The notes below the pieces were generated by a model, which was not told where the DNA came from, made no database searches, and saw only the letters and a list, made by a program, of their open reading frames with translations. A stretch of DNA of 64,000 nt, taken from NCBI GenBank assembly GCA_903813345.2, contig CAIIXF020000001.1:3038001-3102000 (forward strand), read 5' to 3'. The position numbers and the translations under genes are program-made. Source of the DNA: Owenia fusiformis (taxonomy: Eukaryota). Positions 1 to 14,200 of this stretch are shown in pieces (position 1 is the stretch's first letter; each line of letters opens with the position of its first letter).

Positions 1-416
1 TAGTTTAATTTGGGTAATATTTCTATATTTTTCATGAAAAAAGTTATTAGCCCAGGAGACTGTTCTCCAAACCGAGAATCGTCCTTTAGTGTTGAAAAAA
101 GAATAAATTGGTCAAGAAATTAACTCATAAGCGCAGAATAGTGGTTCAGAGAAAACAGCATTTTAACATTTTAGTTCTCGTCGGTTCCAGTGGTATATTA
201 ATATTTAAAACATGATATAAAATCATTTCGACCTTGATAGGACAACAATATTTTAACGTTTTTTGAAAGTTGAGGATATTTAGAAAATATTTGTTGGAGA
301 AAAATTGGCCACCTGAGTGAGATCATAGCGTATACTCACGACATCACAAATTTGTAGAAATGCTTTACAAGTCTGTATATGCAAAAAATCATAGATTGAT
401 TGGTTGAAATAATTTA

Positions 417-650
417 CAGGGTGGTCCAAAAAAGGGAACCCCTGCAACAGGCTACATTTTTGTGAATGAATACATGAATTGGCTCATATTATCACGTATA
501 ATTTCTGCAAATTTCAAGACTAAGAAAAATGTATGGTACCAACATAAATTTTAGACCTTTCTCTACAACATGTGAAAATAAAAAAGAATTCCTGCAAGTA
601 ATAAGGGAAATATGGCCAGTTGCAGGGGTTCACTTTTTTGGACCACCCTG
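417..650. mobile_element. Tc1/mariner-type MITE
   Basis: TIRs CAGGGTGGTCCAAAAAAG.GAACCCCTGCAAC / GTTGCAGGGGTTCACTTTTTTGGACCACCCTG, flanked by TA on both sides (415-416, 651-652). Confidence 0.85.
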
Positions 651-881
651 TAAATGCCTGATCTATTCAGAGGAGTAGAGAAAGTATTGTGTTTTACAGG
701 ATTAAACTGTTGTATTTGATGACCTATTTCCGCACTAGCGGCACATTCAAACATTTGAAAATTATAACATAAAGAACTTTTAAAGTCACATTTTAAAAAA
801 ATGTCTCAAATAGTTTTCAATTATGAAAAGTAATAATTCAACTCTATTTTACTTTACGGGACGGGACTCATTTGCTTCAAG

Positions 882-2774
882 GGTGTTGAAAAAGGATCGT
901 GGAGACCGAGTTGATGTCAACAACTTCATAATGCTGGCAACTGACGGTGTGGCCTACCCATGCTGTACAGCTAGTTGTTGTCATATGAGCACAGGCACTA
1001 TACAATGCCCCACCACTGACTACCCATGCATAACTCAAGAAGATGCGACAAGGGTAGTTTTCGTAATCATACTTTATTAATTAGGTTGTGTGATCTTGAG
1101 GTCCAAAGTGCATCGTTCCATAAGAAGTTCATATTCATTATCGCAAACAATTTCAGAAGGTTATATCTTGGATTATGACTATTTTCTGACAATGAAGACA
1201 AGTTTATCTTTTAGATCAATTCATTATCTCAAAGAAAATTATGCACAGTAATAATACATTCAAACAAACTCGGAGATATTTAACTAGCAATTAACCCATC
1301 AACACACTTTTTGACCCCATTTTGAAGATGTTGACCCCATTTTCACCAAAAATGCAATCATTTTTTACAATGTTTAATGCATTACTATTCTTTATTTTGA
1401 TGTATCAAATAGTTCTTGAAAGAAAAATTTAATTGCATTAAGATAAGTGTTCCCCATGTTATTTCTCCATTGAAAAATCCCATGCTATCCATTGGTTTCA
1501 GTTAATTTTGGTCATCCAAATTGAATATCTTTAAAGTCCCGGGAGCAATCAAATTTTCCTTTTAGGAAATCGAACATTTCTCAAACCACATTCTAATTAT
1601 GCATTCAATAATATAATAAAAGGTTGCATTTTTGGTGAAAATTAGGTCAACATTTTTGAAAAAGTATGTTGATTGGTCCATTGCCCCTTCAATATCACTT
1701 AGGTCTGATTAACTAAATTATCATTATACTTTTCTTGAAGATAATGAATGGATCTAAAAGATACACCCATGTTCATGATAAAAAAATATTCATAATTCAA
1801 GTTAGAATCGTTTGAAATTGTTTGCGATAACCTACGTGCTCCTTTTCAAAATTTGGGTCCAAGGGCCCACAATTTTTTGTAGAACTTTGTAGAAATCTGG
1901 ACCCACCCTTGTTAGCTCTTGCAATCCGCCATTGTAGTTATTCTTAATTATCTTATGATTAGAATCGGTATAAACCAAATAGTATACCAATTACATTGCA
2001 GGAAGTGGAACGTGTTGCTAAGAAACTGAAAGCAAATTGGAGAAATGACGTATACGTTCTTGCTCTTCCAAATAGACCTGATCGCGGGGACCCATTTAAG
2101 AAACACGCGGCAGCAAAAAAAGGTATGTAGGCTGCATACCAGCATAAGATTAATACATTCTTGGAAATCCTCTGTTTGCATGAAGGTTAGCTATTAAAAA
2201 TACTACCTATTTATTTGTAAAATGTGTTATAATTATTTAGACCTGTGTGCATATCATGTATAATGTTTACGTAATAAAAAAAACACTTTTGGTTAAATAA
2301 CTAGTGCTGTTATCGTTCCAACAGCTATGTTACAATATGAGGCACTTGTAAGAAATACCATTACTGGCATCAAAACACTGGAACAGTTCAATGAGTTGGA
2401 AAACATTGTGAAAGAAATCGTCAACAGAGTATGCGCGGCTGCTGATGGCATCTGTAAGTTATCATATACATAAGCTTAGTTGTTTACAAGATATTATAAG
2501 GATGTCCCGTTAGTTACGTTGACATTGACAGTTCGCCAATTTTAAGTTTTCAACTATTTTTTAAATTTAACTTGTTTCTTCTGATCATGAATGACTTTGA
2601 TATCCCCATTATCACTGTCATCGCTTTTGAACATTTACAAATATAATTCTGACTGTAGGTTATTTTTTTCATTCAGTATTTTTCAAAAATGCTATTTGTG
2701 TTTTGTGAACTCTGTGATAACTTCAATATTCTTACTTTCCAGATCTGTCACCTCCATCAAAGGGTGTTAAATGA
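882..2774 (+). CDS. 3' end of a VWA-domain gene, tandem paralog of the CA-VWA gene at 8236-29423 (5' part lies upstream of the window)
   Basis: AG/GT-bounded, phase-compatible exons 882-1053 (VLKKDRGDRVDVNNFIMLATDGVAYPCCTASCC...), 2002-2122 (EVERVAKKLKANWRNDVYVLALPNRPDR...), 2325-2453 (MLQYEALVRNT...RVCAAADGI) and 2743-2774 (YLSPPSKGVK*). Exon by exon these match 28166-28337, 28485-28608, 29052-29180 and 29401-29423. AATAAA at 2975-2980. Confidence 0.9.
1086..1872. mobile_element. Degenerate foldback/MITE-like element in an intron
   Basis: Imperfect inverted arms, e.g. TATCGCAAACAATTTCA (~1140) vs TGAAATTGTTTGCGATA (~1813), and TCTTTTAGATC..TTCATTATCT vs AGATAATGAA..GATCTAAAAGA. Boundaries approximate. 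Confidence 0.6.
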
Positions 2775-3119
2775 TTGGCTCGCGATAACATTGATGTAAC
2801 ATTGTCGGGCAAGCGTTGTGTCATCCTTTATTACATGTTATGCAATTGTTTGTAACTGAGATTTTAAATACATATTTATTCTTAATTCTGTTTAGTTGTT
2901 CACTGTTAACTCACAATTATTTTGGTATCTGTATGACAACCATTGTCTTTGATGTCTGGTATTATATATTGTGTAATAAATATGTACTGATTGTTGCTTG
3001 GGGCCATTTTATCCTCTTAGCTCCAAGTTAAGTTTCATTTGTCAGTGACCTCTGCCATTCCTTAGTTTTTTCAAATATCAAATCTCATTTCTATTGAAAA
3101 CAAAAATAACCCCTATCTG

Positions 3120-5012
3120 CACGGTGTGATACGACAAGGCAATTGGGCAAATTTTGTGGTAACGATAACAAAAAATGGCGGACGGGAAAGACAGCATGTC
3201 CTCTTTTTCGCCTGTAGGCAAGATTCACAGGTAAGCTTTCCTTTTCAACTAGTTCCATTCGGTGATGCATATGTGAATGGTTATAAAGATTGAGTTAAAT
3301 CTGTCGTGTGGTCTACAAGAAGCAGAATATAAGCTGTAAACCTACCCGGCTGAGATTTCGAAGTTCATAATTTTTAGTCCTTTTTCGTGTTTTCTCAGTT
3401 GTGCCTCAGAGCCACTCAAAATACTAACTGTACGTAAACTGTGTATAAACAAGCCATAAAATGACAAATGCAGAACAGAAATGTGGTGAATATTGTAGAT
3501 AATATGGTTTCAATCGGAAGGTCGTTAGACAGATACGTATGTATTGCATGATTTTTTATGGACAGCAACGCATTGTATTAGTTTTACATTAGACGTTAGC
3601 GGACGGTTACATGCAAGTTCCTGTCAAGTCAAGGTCGCTAGATGGATAACTCTCTATGTGTGAACTACCTTTTTGTTTTCAGGACTCGCACGAGACGCTC
3701 TTGCTTGAGCCTCTATAGGGCAAGGAAAAAAATAGCGAAAGCCAATGAAAGTGAAAATGATTGTAATGAAGAGGCAAAGGAAGAAATTAGTAACAACGAA
3801 CAGGCGACGGAAAAAAACAACTCCAAATTAATTGATGATGTCATGAGTGACATATATTACCAGAGGCTATGTTGTGGTGGTAAATCAAAATTACATTACA
3901 CTTCGAAAGTCGTATTAGTTAATGCTTAAACCTTTTACTATAGCTGAAATATAGTGACATAGCAGAATTCTATATATTGGTGTTAAAATTGAGAATTATT
4001 TATATCGTTGTTAAAACGGACTTACAGTCAAATCTCTTTTTTTAGATTTCTCAGATGTTATCTATTTATGCATTATTTCTAGCAGCTTTTATTCTTCAAG
4101 CTAGGTTCAGGTTATATAGAATATATCAATCTATATGAGACTTGAGGTGGACTTGCTGGGAAATCAGTTCATATCAAGGTCAAGGTCAAAATCTAGGACA
4201 AATCAAAGTTAGCCCAGGGCTGAAATAGCAAATTTGATATAGAAAATCTTACGCACTGAACGATATCACTTTTCCCGGGAAACATAGCCGGGCGGATAAT
4301 GTCATTATTGCCCGACTAAAGTCATTAACGCCCGACACAATATTGCTCACGTCAATATAGCAATTTAAATGCCTTCTCAACTAGTACTAAAACCCCTAGA
4401 ACAGCCCCTGCAAGGTGGTAATAATACGATTTCATCTATTATAGCTTACAAAACTCAAATCCGGTTGAAAAACATTTCAATTTTGGATCACAAGCGATAT
4501 GAAATGATTCGGTGTTACATATATGAACGAGGTTCGCGTAACTGTCTATCAATTTTTGGCGTATCCGCAAATTCAAAATACATTATTATGGCTTGAGTAG
4601 AACATATTAAGTGGTTTACAATGCTAAATTGGCTTTGTATTATCGTATGTAGGTTACATTTATATACACCAAGGTTGTTGCGCAATGTAGAGCATGTCCT
4701 AACGAGGAAAAGAAACAAATTACTAAATTTTATGAAATTTTGAAATTCAAACTCGACAGTTTTTCGCTTATTTCATGTTATCCATGGGCGTCGATTTGCA
4801 AAGACTACGTTCAAAATAAACATTACTGAATGCATCACCGAATGCGACGCTTACATAAATCTTTCATGCTTTTATTGATACGCAGTAGTAGAAAATAATG
4901 CACCTACCTTAGCTTTCTGTTTCATCGTGGCCATTTTATTGGATAAATCAGTGATCGTATTCGACTAGCCTCGTTTTCAGAGGTGGCGTATCCGTCATGC
5001 TATAACACCGTG
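3120..5012. mobile_element. Non-autonomous Transib-like DNA transposon
   Basis: Termini CACGGTGTGATA / TATAACACCGTG (11 of 12 match); 5-bp TSD ATCTG (3115-3119, 5013-5017); perfect internal inverted 15-mer at 3256-3270 and 4830-4844. CAC termini with a 5-bp TSD are the Transib signature. No transposase ORF. Confidence 0.7.
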
Positions 5013-7916
5013 ATCTGGGTTCAAACAATATCTTTTATATTCTCCAAAGTATAATTTGACATTGAATTAGATATTGTAAATCTGAAAATAATTTGACAAT
5101 GAATTAGATATTGTTACAGACCCATTACGAGTAAGTAAAATATGCCTCAAACGGTGTTGATGTTAATTTGACGGCTTGTGATACCAGAGATAAGAAAATG
5201 TTGAGCTTATTTTGAAAACTGTTTCTTAAAATGATATTCAAACGCTACCTGCATAGTATGATGCATTTGGTGATGCGATCTTAGATGCAGATGATTTAAG
5301 ACACACCAATCATATTTGTAGAGTCACATGATAGAAGATGATTTGTTAGAATAAATGAATACACCTTATACTTATTACTTAGTGGTCGCGCCGATTTTAA
5401 ATGGTCGGTAAAGATGACCCACGACGACTGAAAAAAAGATTTTTAAGTCTTTTTACAGTACACGGCGATGATTATTCCAGATTCTATGCTGTTTAGTTTT
5501 AGAAGTTGATCTAATATTGTCAAAATGTCTATATAATTCTTGATCAACGACGCATAAAAATGTGCATGTACACGGACATGATATGATAAAAGACCGCATT
5601 GTTTCACATGTATGAAGAAATAAAACAAGGGTTTATTCATTTATTTTAATGCAGTTTGACAATAAATCCGCTTTTATTTAGAAAAATAGGACATATTTAA
5701 GTGCAGTTTTACGAGGTTAAAATCAGTACGCAATATGTCAAGGATTAGTAAAATGCCACAAATGATGTACACTAATATATCGACAGTTGGTCACTGAACT
5801 TAAAACAACGAGGCTTGATCAGCAAATGTTGGTCATTATGATTGATAAGTTCACTGTCGGAAGCAATGATCCGGTATATGTAAAAATCATATAATCCCTT
5901 TCCTCGTTGAAGGCTATAAACGTTTAATATTTATTTAGATATTATATTTATTGAGACAGATGAAACCACTTGGTTCAAGTGATCTTATCAATTCATCAGA
6001 TGAATTAAATGATATTTGTAAATATCATGTAGGCTAGATAGATGATAATCTCGATATAAGCAAGCAGATAAATAGAGTTTGGGATATTGTTGCTTTGCCT
6101 TCAATTCCTTATGAGTGATTTTACTCCAGGTTGTTTCTTGTTCTTGCTGCGTTTTGAACACGTTTTGACACGTTAGCTACTTACAAAAGTGCACACATCA
6201 CCTCTCCAAAAGAAATTTCTGTGTGACAAGCGTTAATTGGGGCATTACATTTTGAAATAGTAGCCTGGACAGAATGATTAATCAATTTCTTAAAAAAAGT
6301 TTCATTTATCGATAATCTTTCTACTTTAATCATTCCTAATTGTATTCATTTTGAGTTTTACAATTTCATGGCTAATCAATATTAAAGTGAAATGTTGTCG
6401 AACTTAATTTTCCTCTCTCATTAGACCTTTTCTTGCAATTGGTTGTCCTTGCCCCCCCCCCTCCCATGTCTTATTTGCATGTTTGCTAATTAAACAATAA
6501 TTATCCAACCCATTAGACGTGCTTCGATGTGCTTTAAGGGTACCTAACGGGGATGTCTGTCTCATTTTGAATCTTGAAATATTTTATCTAAAATATGATC
6601 CATATGATTGTATCAAGGATTATATATAAAATAGAAATCTTTATGCGTCTAAAGGAAGTAAATTAAGGGATAGAGGGTGTTGCCAATGTTACCCAGATAT
6701 CGTATCACATATTAAGATCTAGATGCGGACATTTTCTTAAGCTTTTTCATTTTTGCGGGATAAATTCGCATATCAACTATGAAATCAAAATTATTTAGAA
6801 AAAGTAGGTTTGAAAATCCATTAAACGCAGAGAGAAATCCGACTTGTTCTGGTACGGCTACTATGTACCTGTGTTGAAAGCAAATAAAATCTGACCACTA
6901 GACCGTAGTAGCAATTAGTTAACATAGCTATTTACACAATGACATCTTGTATAATTAATGATTATTGTATTGCAAATCGAAAGTACTTGTCCGGTGAAAA
7001 AGCTCGAACGCAAAAGTACATGATGATTACAATTGAAAACTTAAGTCGGGAACTTCACTGAAAATATATTTGATGATGTTGTAGCATAATTATATCCAAA
7101 AGGAAATGTTTCTGAAACAAAAATGGTTGATATTATGAAAATTCAAATTCAATAATGCAATTGGGGGTCTTGGTGAACTATGACATCAACGTCTATTTGA
7201 ATTGTTATCTTGGCAAAAAACAACAAAAACACAATTGTATTTTGTGACTCGGAGATACATGTGGCAGCGGAAAATAGCATCGGGAATTTTCCTTGGTATT
7301 CTGACTAAACTTTCGTGAAATGGTTGTATGCATGTTATTTATTTTGTAATAGTTATACATGAAATTAAAAAAACATCCATCTTCCGTATGTAATGCATTG
7401 GGTGAAAGACCCTTTCTCTGACAGCCAGTTTAAAAATGATGTCATTTTGGTTCATATTGTTTAGCCAACGTTTTACAGAAAAAAATTAATTTATTTGCAT
7501 TTTAACCATTTTTTGCCTCGCCTTTCTGAGATCCTTGCTACGTTTGATCTGACTGTGTTAATTTCAGTAATCAAGCCCCTCATACTATGTAATACTTAGT
7601 AAACATTTTACACAGACTCCTAATTTTCAATAAATTGTATGTGGTTGAAATGTTTTAGAGAGTATTTTAATCGAATATAGTCAAGAATTTAAAAACAAAT
7701 TGACAAGTAATTAATTTATTAGCGATTTATTTAAGGTGATAAAACGTGTAATTTTGAAATTCTTTGTATCGATTTACATTGACTTGTTTATTACTGTTAT
7801 TGTGATTGGTACTGGTATTAAGCTAATGGCATAAAAATCGTTGGAATGCCAAGATAAAATACATCAAATGATAAATTAACATCACAGCCTGACAATTCAT
7901 GCACAAACACCATTAG

Positions 7917-8050
7917 TATATATATGTCAATTAAGTCAATCCAACGTTATTAATAGATCTGTAAAATAACCCTGATTATCTTATTTTACTTTTTGTATCC
8001 AGAACCTTCATTACTAACACTCAGGGATCGCTACTTATTTACGTGTAAGT
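7917..8050 (+). promoter_or_regulatory. Candidate TATA box and non-coding first exon of the CA-VWA gene
   Basis: TATATATAT at 7917-7925 and a consensus donor GTAAGT at 8045-8050. The ATG exon is preceded by a poly-T tract and CAG acceptor (8232-8234), which implies an upstream UTR exon. Confidence 0.35.
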
Positions 8051-8235
8051 TTTTTATTGCATATTTCAAAACAATGTTAACAGACCATCTTGATGTAATA
8101 CATTTATTGATATTCTGCGCAATTAAACAATTGTTTATAGAAACAATAACAAACAATTATAACTTAGTAAATCTGAGTAAAAGTAACTTTAGAGGGAAAA
8201 GAAAACTATAATTCTTTTTTTTTTTTTATTTCAGT

Positions 8236-11200
8236 ATGATATTGTTAATATTAGCTGTTTTACCGTTAGTTAATAGCCAAGGTACGTTCTACTTAGAGTT
8301 TCATTCAACATTTATATACAATATTGACCATAAGAGATCATTAGCTATTGAGTATATGATCAAACCAAATTATAACAATACTTTATTTCCGTTAAAACAT
8401 AATCCGTATATACCGTATATGTTTTTTATTTATTAATTTATCGGAATAATGTTAAATAAAAAGGCACACAAAAATAAATATTTGTAGTGCACATATAGGT
8501 TTAAAATTAACCCTTAATGTTTTTGCCATTCACAGGATGGAACTATGGCAGTTTAGGTAAGTTGTTATTCAAATTTATTTAAAAGACAATGGTTTCTAGG
8601 AGACAAAACAATTTTCTTAAGTAAGTTAGCATTATTCAGATCATATACCTGGTATGTTCTCCTCCCAAGATAGACAGATTACGGCTATATAACTGTAATA
8701 CTATATAATTTGACACTCTCTTCAACTGCAGGACCAGTTACATGGGCAGATAACTTCCCGCAATGTGGAGAGGCGAACCAGTCCCCCGTTAACATAGATA
8801 TTGGCGCCGCAGAATATGACTCGAGCTTAAATGCGTTCGGATTCCGTAACTTTGATAAAAAAGCTAATAATGAACTTGAAAATACAGGGACTACTGGTGA
8901 GTATAACCGAAACAAACTATTATATTGATATGCTGTAATATTAATTCGAGTCTAAATATGCTGATGCTAATAAATAACCAAGACTTACGATAATAAGAAA
9001 GGACCATTTTCGGTTTGGAGAATGACGTTCATCGGTAGATTGAAATGTGATATTTTGAATATTTAAGATTTGATTATGGTGATATTTTTATTTATTTCAT
9101 AAAACATATATTAGCGACCCCCCCCCCCCCTCAATATTTCACGTGTAAAAGTCCAATAGACGAAAATCCCAATTTTGGACTTTGAGGTCATTCCTTACGG
9201 TCAAGGTCAAATGTCAAGGTCAAAATGTTGACCTAATTTACTCTATCTGAGTACAGTGTAATACAATGGTTTTTGAACTTTTTGACCTTTTCAAGGTCAC
9301 CCAGAGATCGGATTCCAAAACCGGAAGCATATTTGGAATCGGGCGCTTCTATACTTTATATTTCCTTGGAATCGGGCGCTTCTATACTTTATATTTCCTT
9401 AGAATTAGGATCCAGGTCATACTTTTAAATTATGTCCCACTGGGGTGCCCCATTTTTCAAAGAGGGTCACCCAATTTAAAAACCAGGAATATTTGTGAAA
9501 TGAGAATTGTGAGGAATGGCATATGCAAATTTTGGGTAAAAAATAAAAATTGTTGCTCCTTGTAGGTACAAAAATGTAGAACAATGCTCCTTGTACCGAG
9601 AAATCGAGGCAATATACAAGAAAAAATCCTATTAAAACTATAAGAAAAAGAGTAAAACCAATAGAATGCCAGTTACCTCGATAACAGCATCTAATTAAGT
9701 CTTACATATTCAAAAGATCACATTTCAATCTACTCTTGGAGACTGGATTTTATCTATCCCACATCATTTGAGACTGAATGCTCTATCTTGTATGAGTACT
9801 TGTATCTACAACAATTTTTGAGGTTATGAGTATTGGCTATCAATTGGCTATTAATTTCTAATTTTTTCTTGACTGGTATGCACTTAGAGTTTGCTTTTTC
9901 TTGCTAAGTTCCATTACAACTTTTGGTCCTTTCCCTTTTGGCACTAGTGCTTATATATCTATACAAAAATCAAAATTGTTGGCGACAATGATAACGTCGA
10001 AATAATCCGATGAAATCCATTCTCCAAACCGAGAATGGTCCTTTGAATGTAATTTACGTAGCCCTGATACATTTTCGTTACAATGGAGTCCTTGTGATTC
10101 CAACAATGTTTTAAAACTACACCTCTTCAATTTATGATATCTGTGCGATAAATATGTATAAATCATGATAATTTTGGGTATCAATAATGTTGAAATCGGT
10201 TTTACCACAATAGCAAGAATGTTGCTTGGGGAGAATAAAGGAGTTTTCCTTTACAATGGCGGACTGGATGGCAGATATATCACAGAGGGGTTCCACTTTA
10301 GATGGGGATCTGATCACACAATCAACGGTCGTCAATTTCCACTTGAGGTAAACACCGGTTCCTATTCCACTGGTGTTAAAACACGAATATACCATGAGCA
10401 CATGCTTTGAGCATCCGCGTTGTTTGAACCTACCGCCAAGCACACTTATACATTAAGACCCCTTACACAGTCATGATACCGCCGAGCAAGCTCATTGCAT
10501 CATCGGGTCTGCTTTACCCCCGTGTATTCTACGGATTCATGTGATTAAATGCATTTCCATTATTTGATAATAGCACCTGCTTCATGGGTGGCAAAACTGT
10601 CTACATCTTTGAAGCTATGCAAGAACTTGTTTTACAAACTAGATCGTAGTTTTGGATATTGTCGGATCGTTGTCATAATTGAAATATAATGATGCTTTTT
10701 TGTGAAGCAATTGCGTATTTTTGCACCTGTGCTTATATATTCATACTTTTTTTTAAATTTTAGCTGCACATTGGGAGTTATAGTGCGAAATTCGGAACCT
10801 TTATGGAAGCGATTGGTGCTTCGGCCACCGAACCAGATAGCGTAATGGCCATGGCCGTACTTTTTGAGGTACACATACACTTTGTCATTTCAAACAATTT
10901 TTTGTTCAACTGGGCCGAAGGTAATGCTTAGAATCTTTTTCAAAGTGTGTCAACAATTTATCCTTGATTGAACAGCGTAAATGTCAACAAAAGACGTTGC
11001 TGTCTGACGAAGTAATCAGAAATAGTAAATAACGGTCAATGCTGTCCGGGCCAATATCAGTTCCAATATGATATATGTCCTTCCAGATATCACCCAACGA
11101 TAACGTAGCCCTGGAGCCAATTGTGAATGCACTCGGACAAATACAAACTGCAGGTATGGACATCATTTGGTTACACATTAAATATATACTAGATAAAGTA

Positions 11201-14200
11201 TATCGGATGTCCATAAAAATGAGACACTTTTGACAAATATTTACTCGGCAACTGATGAACCAAATTTAATTCGTACAAAGTAGCCCAGGAGTATGATTGG
11301 CAAGGAACAAATAAATGAAAAAGATCAAATAAATTGTATGTAAATACTAAGAAATTCAAAGTAGCACGTCAAAAAAAGATCCCATACAGAGCAACGCAAT
11401 GAGAACTTCATAGCGGCGTTTGTACCGAAAATGGGAAGCAATTTAACAAGTAATTTCTCAGCAATTGATGAGCAAAATTATTTGAAAACCTTACTTTAGG
11501 ATATCTTCTGCCAATCCTATGAATATATAAGAGATTTTTTACATTATTTGGGTGTTTTTAAATTAAAGACAGTATGTCAAAATAACCAATAGCCTATCAA
11601 TGTAAAAGTCACTTATCAATCCATTTCAATGCAAAAATACTTTTCTGTTTTTGAATATTTGGGAAGAATGAAACGAATTGATTAGACATGACTCGCAGAC
11701 AAACTGTTTTGACTGACTGACAGATGCTATACTACGGAAAGCGAAAGGGGATATACCGCAGAATTTAAAATTCAATGGAGTTTTAACATGGGAGTGATAT
11801 CACACACCGCGGCCCGGTCAGATATATTTTTTTGCGCACTTTATTTATTTAATTCACTTTGCACAACGCGCCCCTGTAATTCATTCAGTGCGCAATTAAA
11901 AATTGTTTATGAGTGATATCGCACACCGCGGCCCAGTAAGATCGATTTCTGCGCACTTTATTTATTAACATACTCAAAATATCGCGCTGAAGCTTGTATA
12001 TGCTTGCGCGATGTAATTATAGTTTTCTGTTAATAAATGCCCAACAAGAAAGGGTAGCACAACGAATTCAACTTTTTTCGAAAGACTGCAGACTTGACCT
12101 GCGAAATTGTAATTTTGGATCACAGTGATGCCTCTAGAGAGGATATCTATGAGAATTACAGATTATAGTGCGCAGAATTATAAAGTCAAACTGACCTAAA
12201 AATGGCAGTACACGGTGTACACTGCCATCTTTCAATAAAGTAACTACAGACCTTCGTATACAAAATACCAGAATGATTGATGTAATACCTGTATACCATT
12301 TCTTCTGGGAGAAGGAAAGTTCCTATATGTATTCCATGGCCGTAGCCAGGGGGCCTCACCCCCCTCCCCCTTGCCAAATATTCGTTCAAAATCATGCAGT
12401 TTTTCACCATTCTTAGCACTTTTCGCATGATTTTTTTGCCATAACTGTCAAAAAACTCCCCCCTCTTGGCAAAATCTCCCCCTTGGTAAAACCACTCCCC
12501 CAGGTTAATCCAGGATACGGGTCTGTATTCTTAGACGAGATTGTTCAAGAACATAAGGTAGACATAAGTGCCACCTGTTAAAAGCTAGGAGATCTTTTCT
12601 AAGTTATTAAGTCATCAATCAGCAGACTGGTAATTGTATCCCCCACCCACTTCAAACTCCATACACTAACATACTATTACAATTTTATCTGTGTTTATTT
12701 GACTGTAGAAGGTGTACATTCATAGCATTGAATTGCATTTCATTGCATTGTATTGTATTGTATAGCACATCATTGTATTGTATTGTACTGCATTTTATTG
12801 TATTGCACTGCATTGTATTGTATTGCACTGCATTGTATTCTATTGCATTATATTGTACGGAAAGCTATAGGGGACATGCGCATAATTCAAAATCGAATGG
12901 AGTTTTAACATGGGAGTGATATCACACACCGCGGCCCAGTCAGATAGATTTCATCGCGCACTGAATGAATTACAGGGGCCGCGTTGTGCAAAGTTAATTA
13001 AAATAAAGTGCGCAGAAATTCCGGCATTCAGTGCGCGATGAAAAAATGATTATCTGTGAATAAATAACGAATAAAAATTCGTGGCACCACGAATTTGATT
13101 TTTTTCGAAAGACTGCGGAGTGAACCAGCGAAATGACAATTTTGGATAATATTGATGGCTCTAACAAGGAGAACTTTGAAATTTCCCGATTCTACCGCGC
13201 AGCACATCCAGGACCATGATGCGCACTTTTATCAGATTCGTTTCTAATATGGTTTCAAAGATAATGTTCATTAAAAGAGGGCGTATGCATACAGATTACA
13301 CATGGCGTTATGTTGAAGTGACCCTTGCAAAGGGTTCCATTGAAAATATATTATTTTGGGCCATTTCATATCTTTTAATTGATATTGTATAAAATATTTT
13401 CAATGTTTGAAAATTATAATCTTATAAATAACATTTTATGTAATAAAACTGTAACGAAATGGTAAATACGGAATATGATGCAATACAATGCAGTGCAATA
13501 TGATGTTATACAATGCAGTGCAATATGATGCAATACAATGTGGTGCAATATGATGTAATACAATGCGGTGCAATATGATGCAATACAATGCAGAGCAATA
13601 TGATGCAATACAATGCAGTGCAATATGATGCAATACAATGTAGTGTAATATGATGCAATACAAAGCAGTGTTATATGATGCACAAAATGCAGTGCAATAT
13701 GATACAATACAATGTAGTGCAATATAATACAATAAAATGCAGTGCAATACGATGCAATACAATACAGTGCAATATAATGCAATACAATGCAGTGCAATGC
13801 AATACAGTGCAAAACAATGCCGTGCAGTGCAATACAATGTAGTTCATTTCAATACAATGCAGTGCAATACAATGTGGTACAGTGCAATACAATGCAGTGC
13901 AATACATCGCAGTTCAATACAGTGCAATACAATGTAGTGCAATGCAGTGCAATAAAATACAATGCAGTGCAATACAATACATCGCAGTTCAATACAGTGC
14001 AGTGCAATACAATACAGTGCAATACAATACATCGCAGTTCAGTGCAGTGCAATACAATTCAGTGCAATACAATACATCGCAGTTCAATAGAGTGCAATAC
14101 AATGTAGTGCAAAGCAGTGCAATAAAATACAATACAGTGCAATTCAATACAATGCAATACAATACAATACAGTGCAATACAAAACAATGCTGTGCAATAG

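Noticed and set aside
3642-3929. Glu/Lys/Asn-rich ORF inside the Transib-like element
   Set aside because: Low complexity with no transposase motif that I can recognise.
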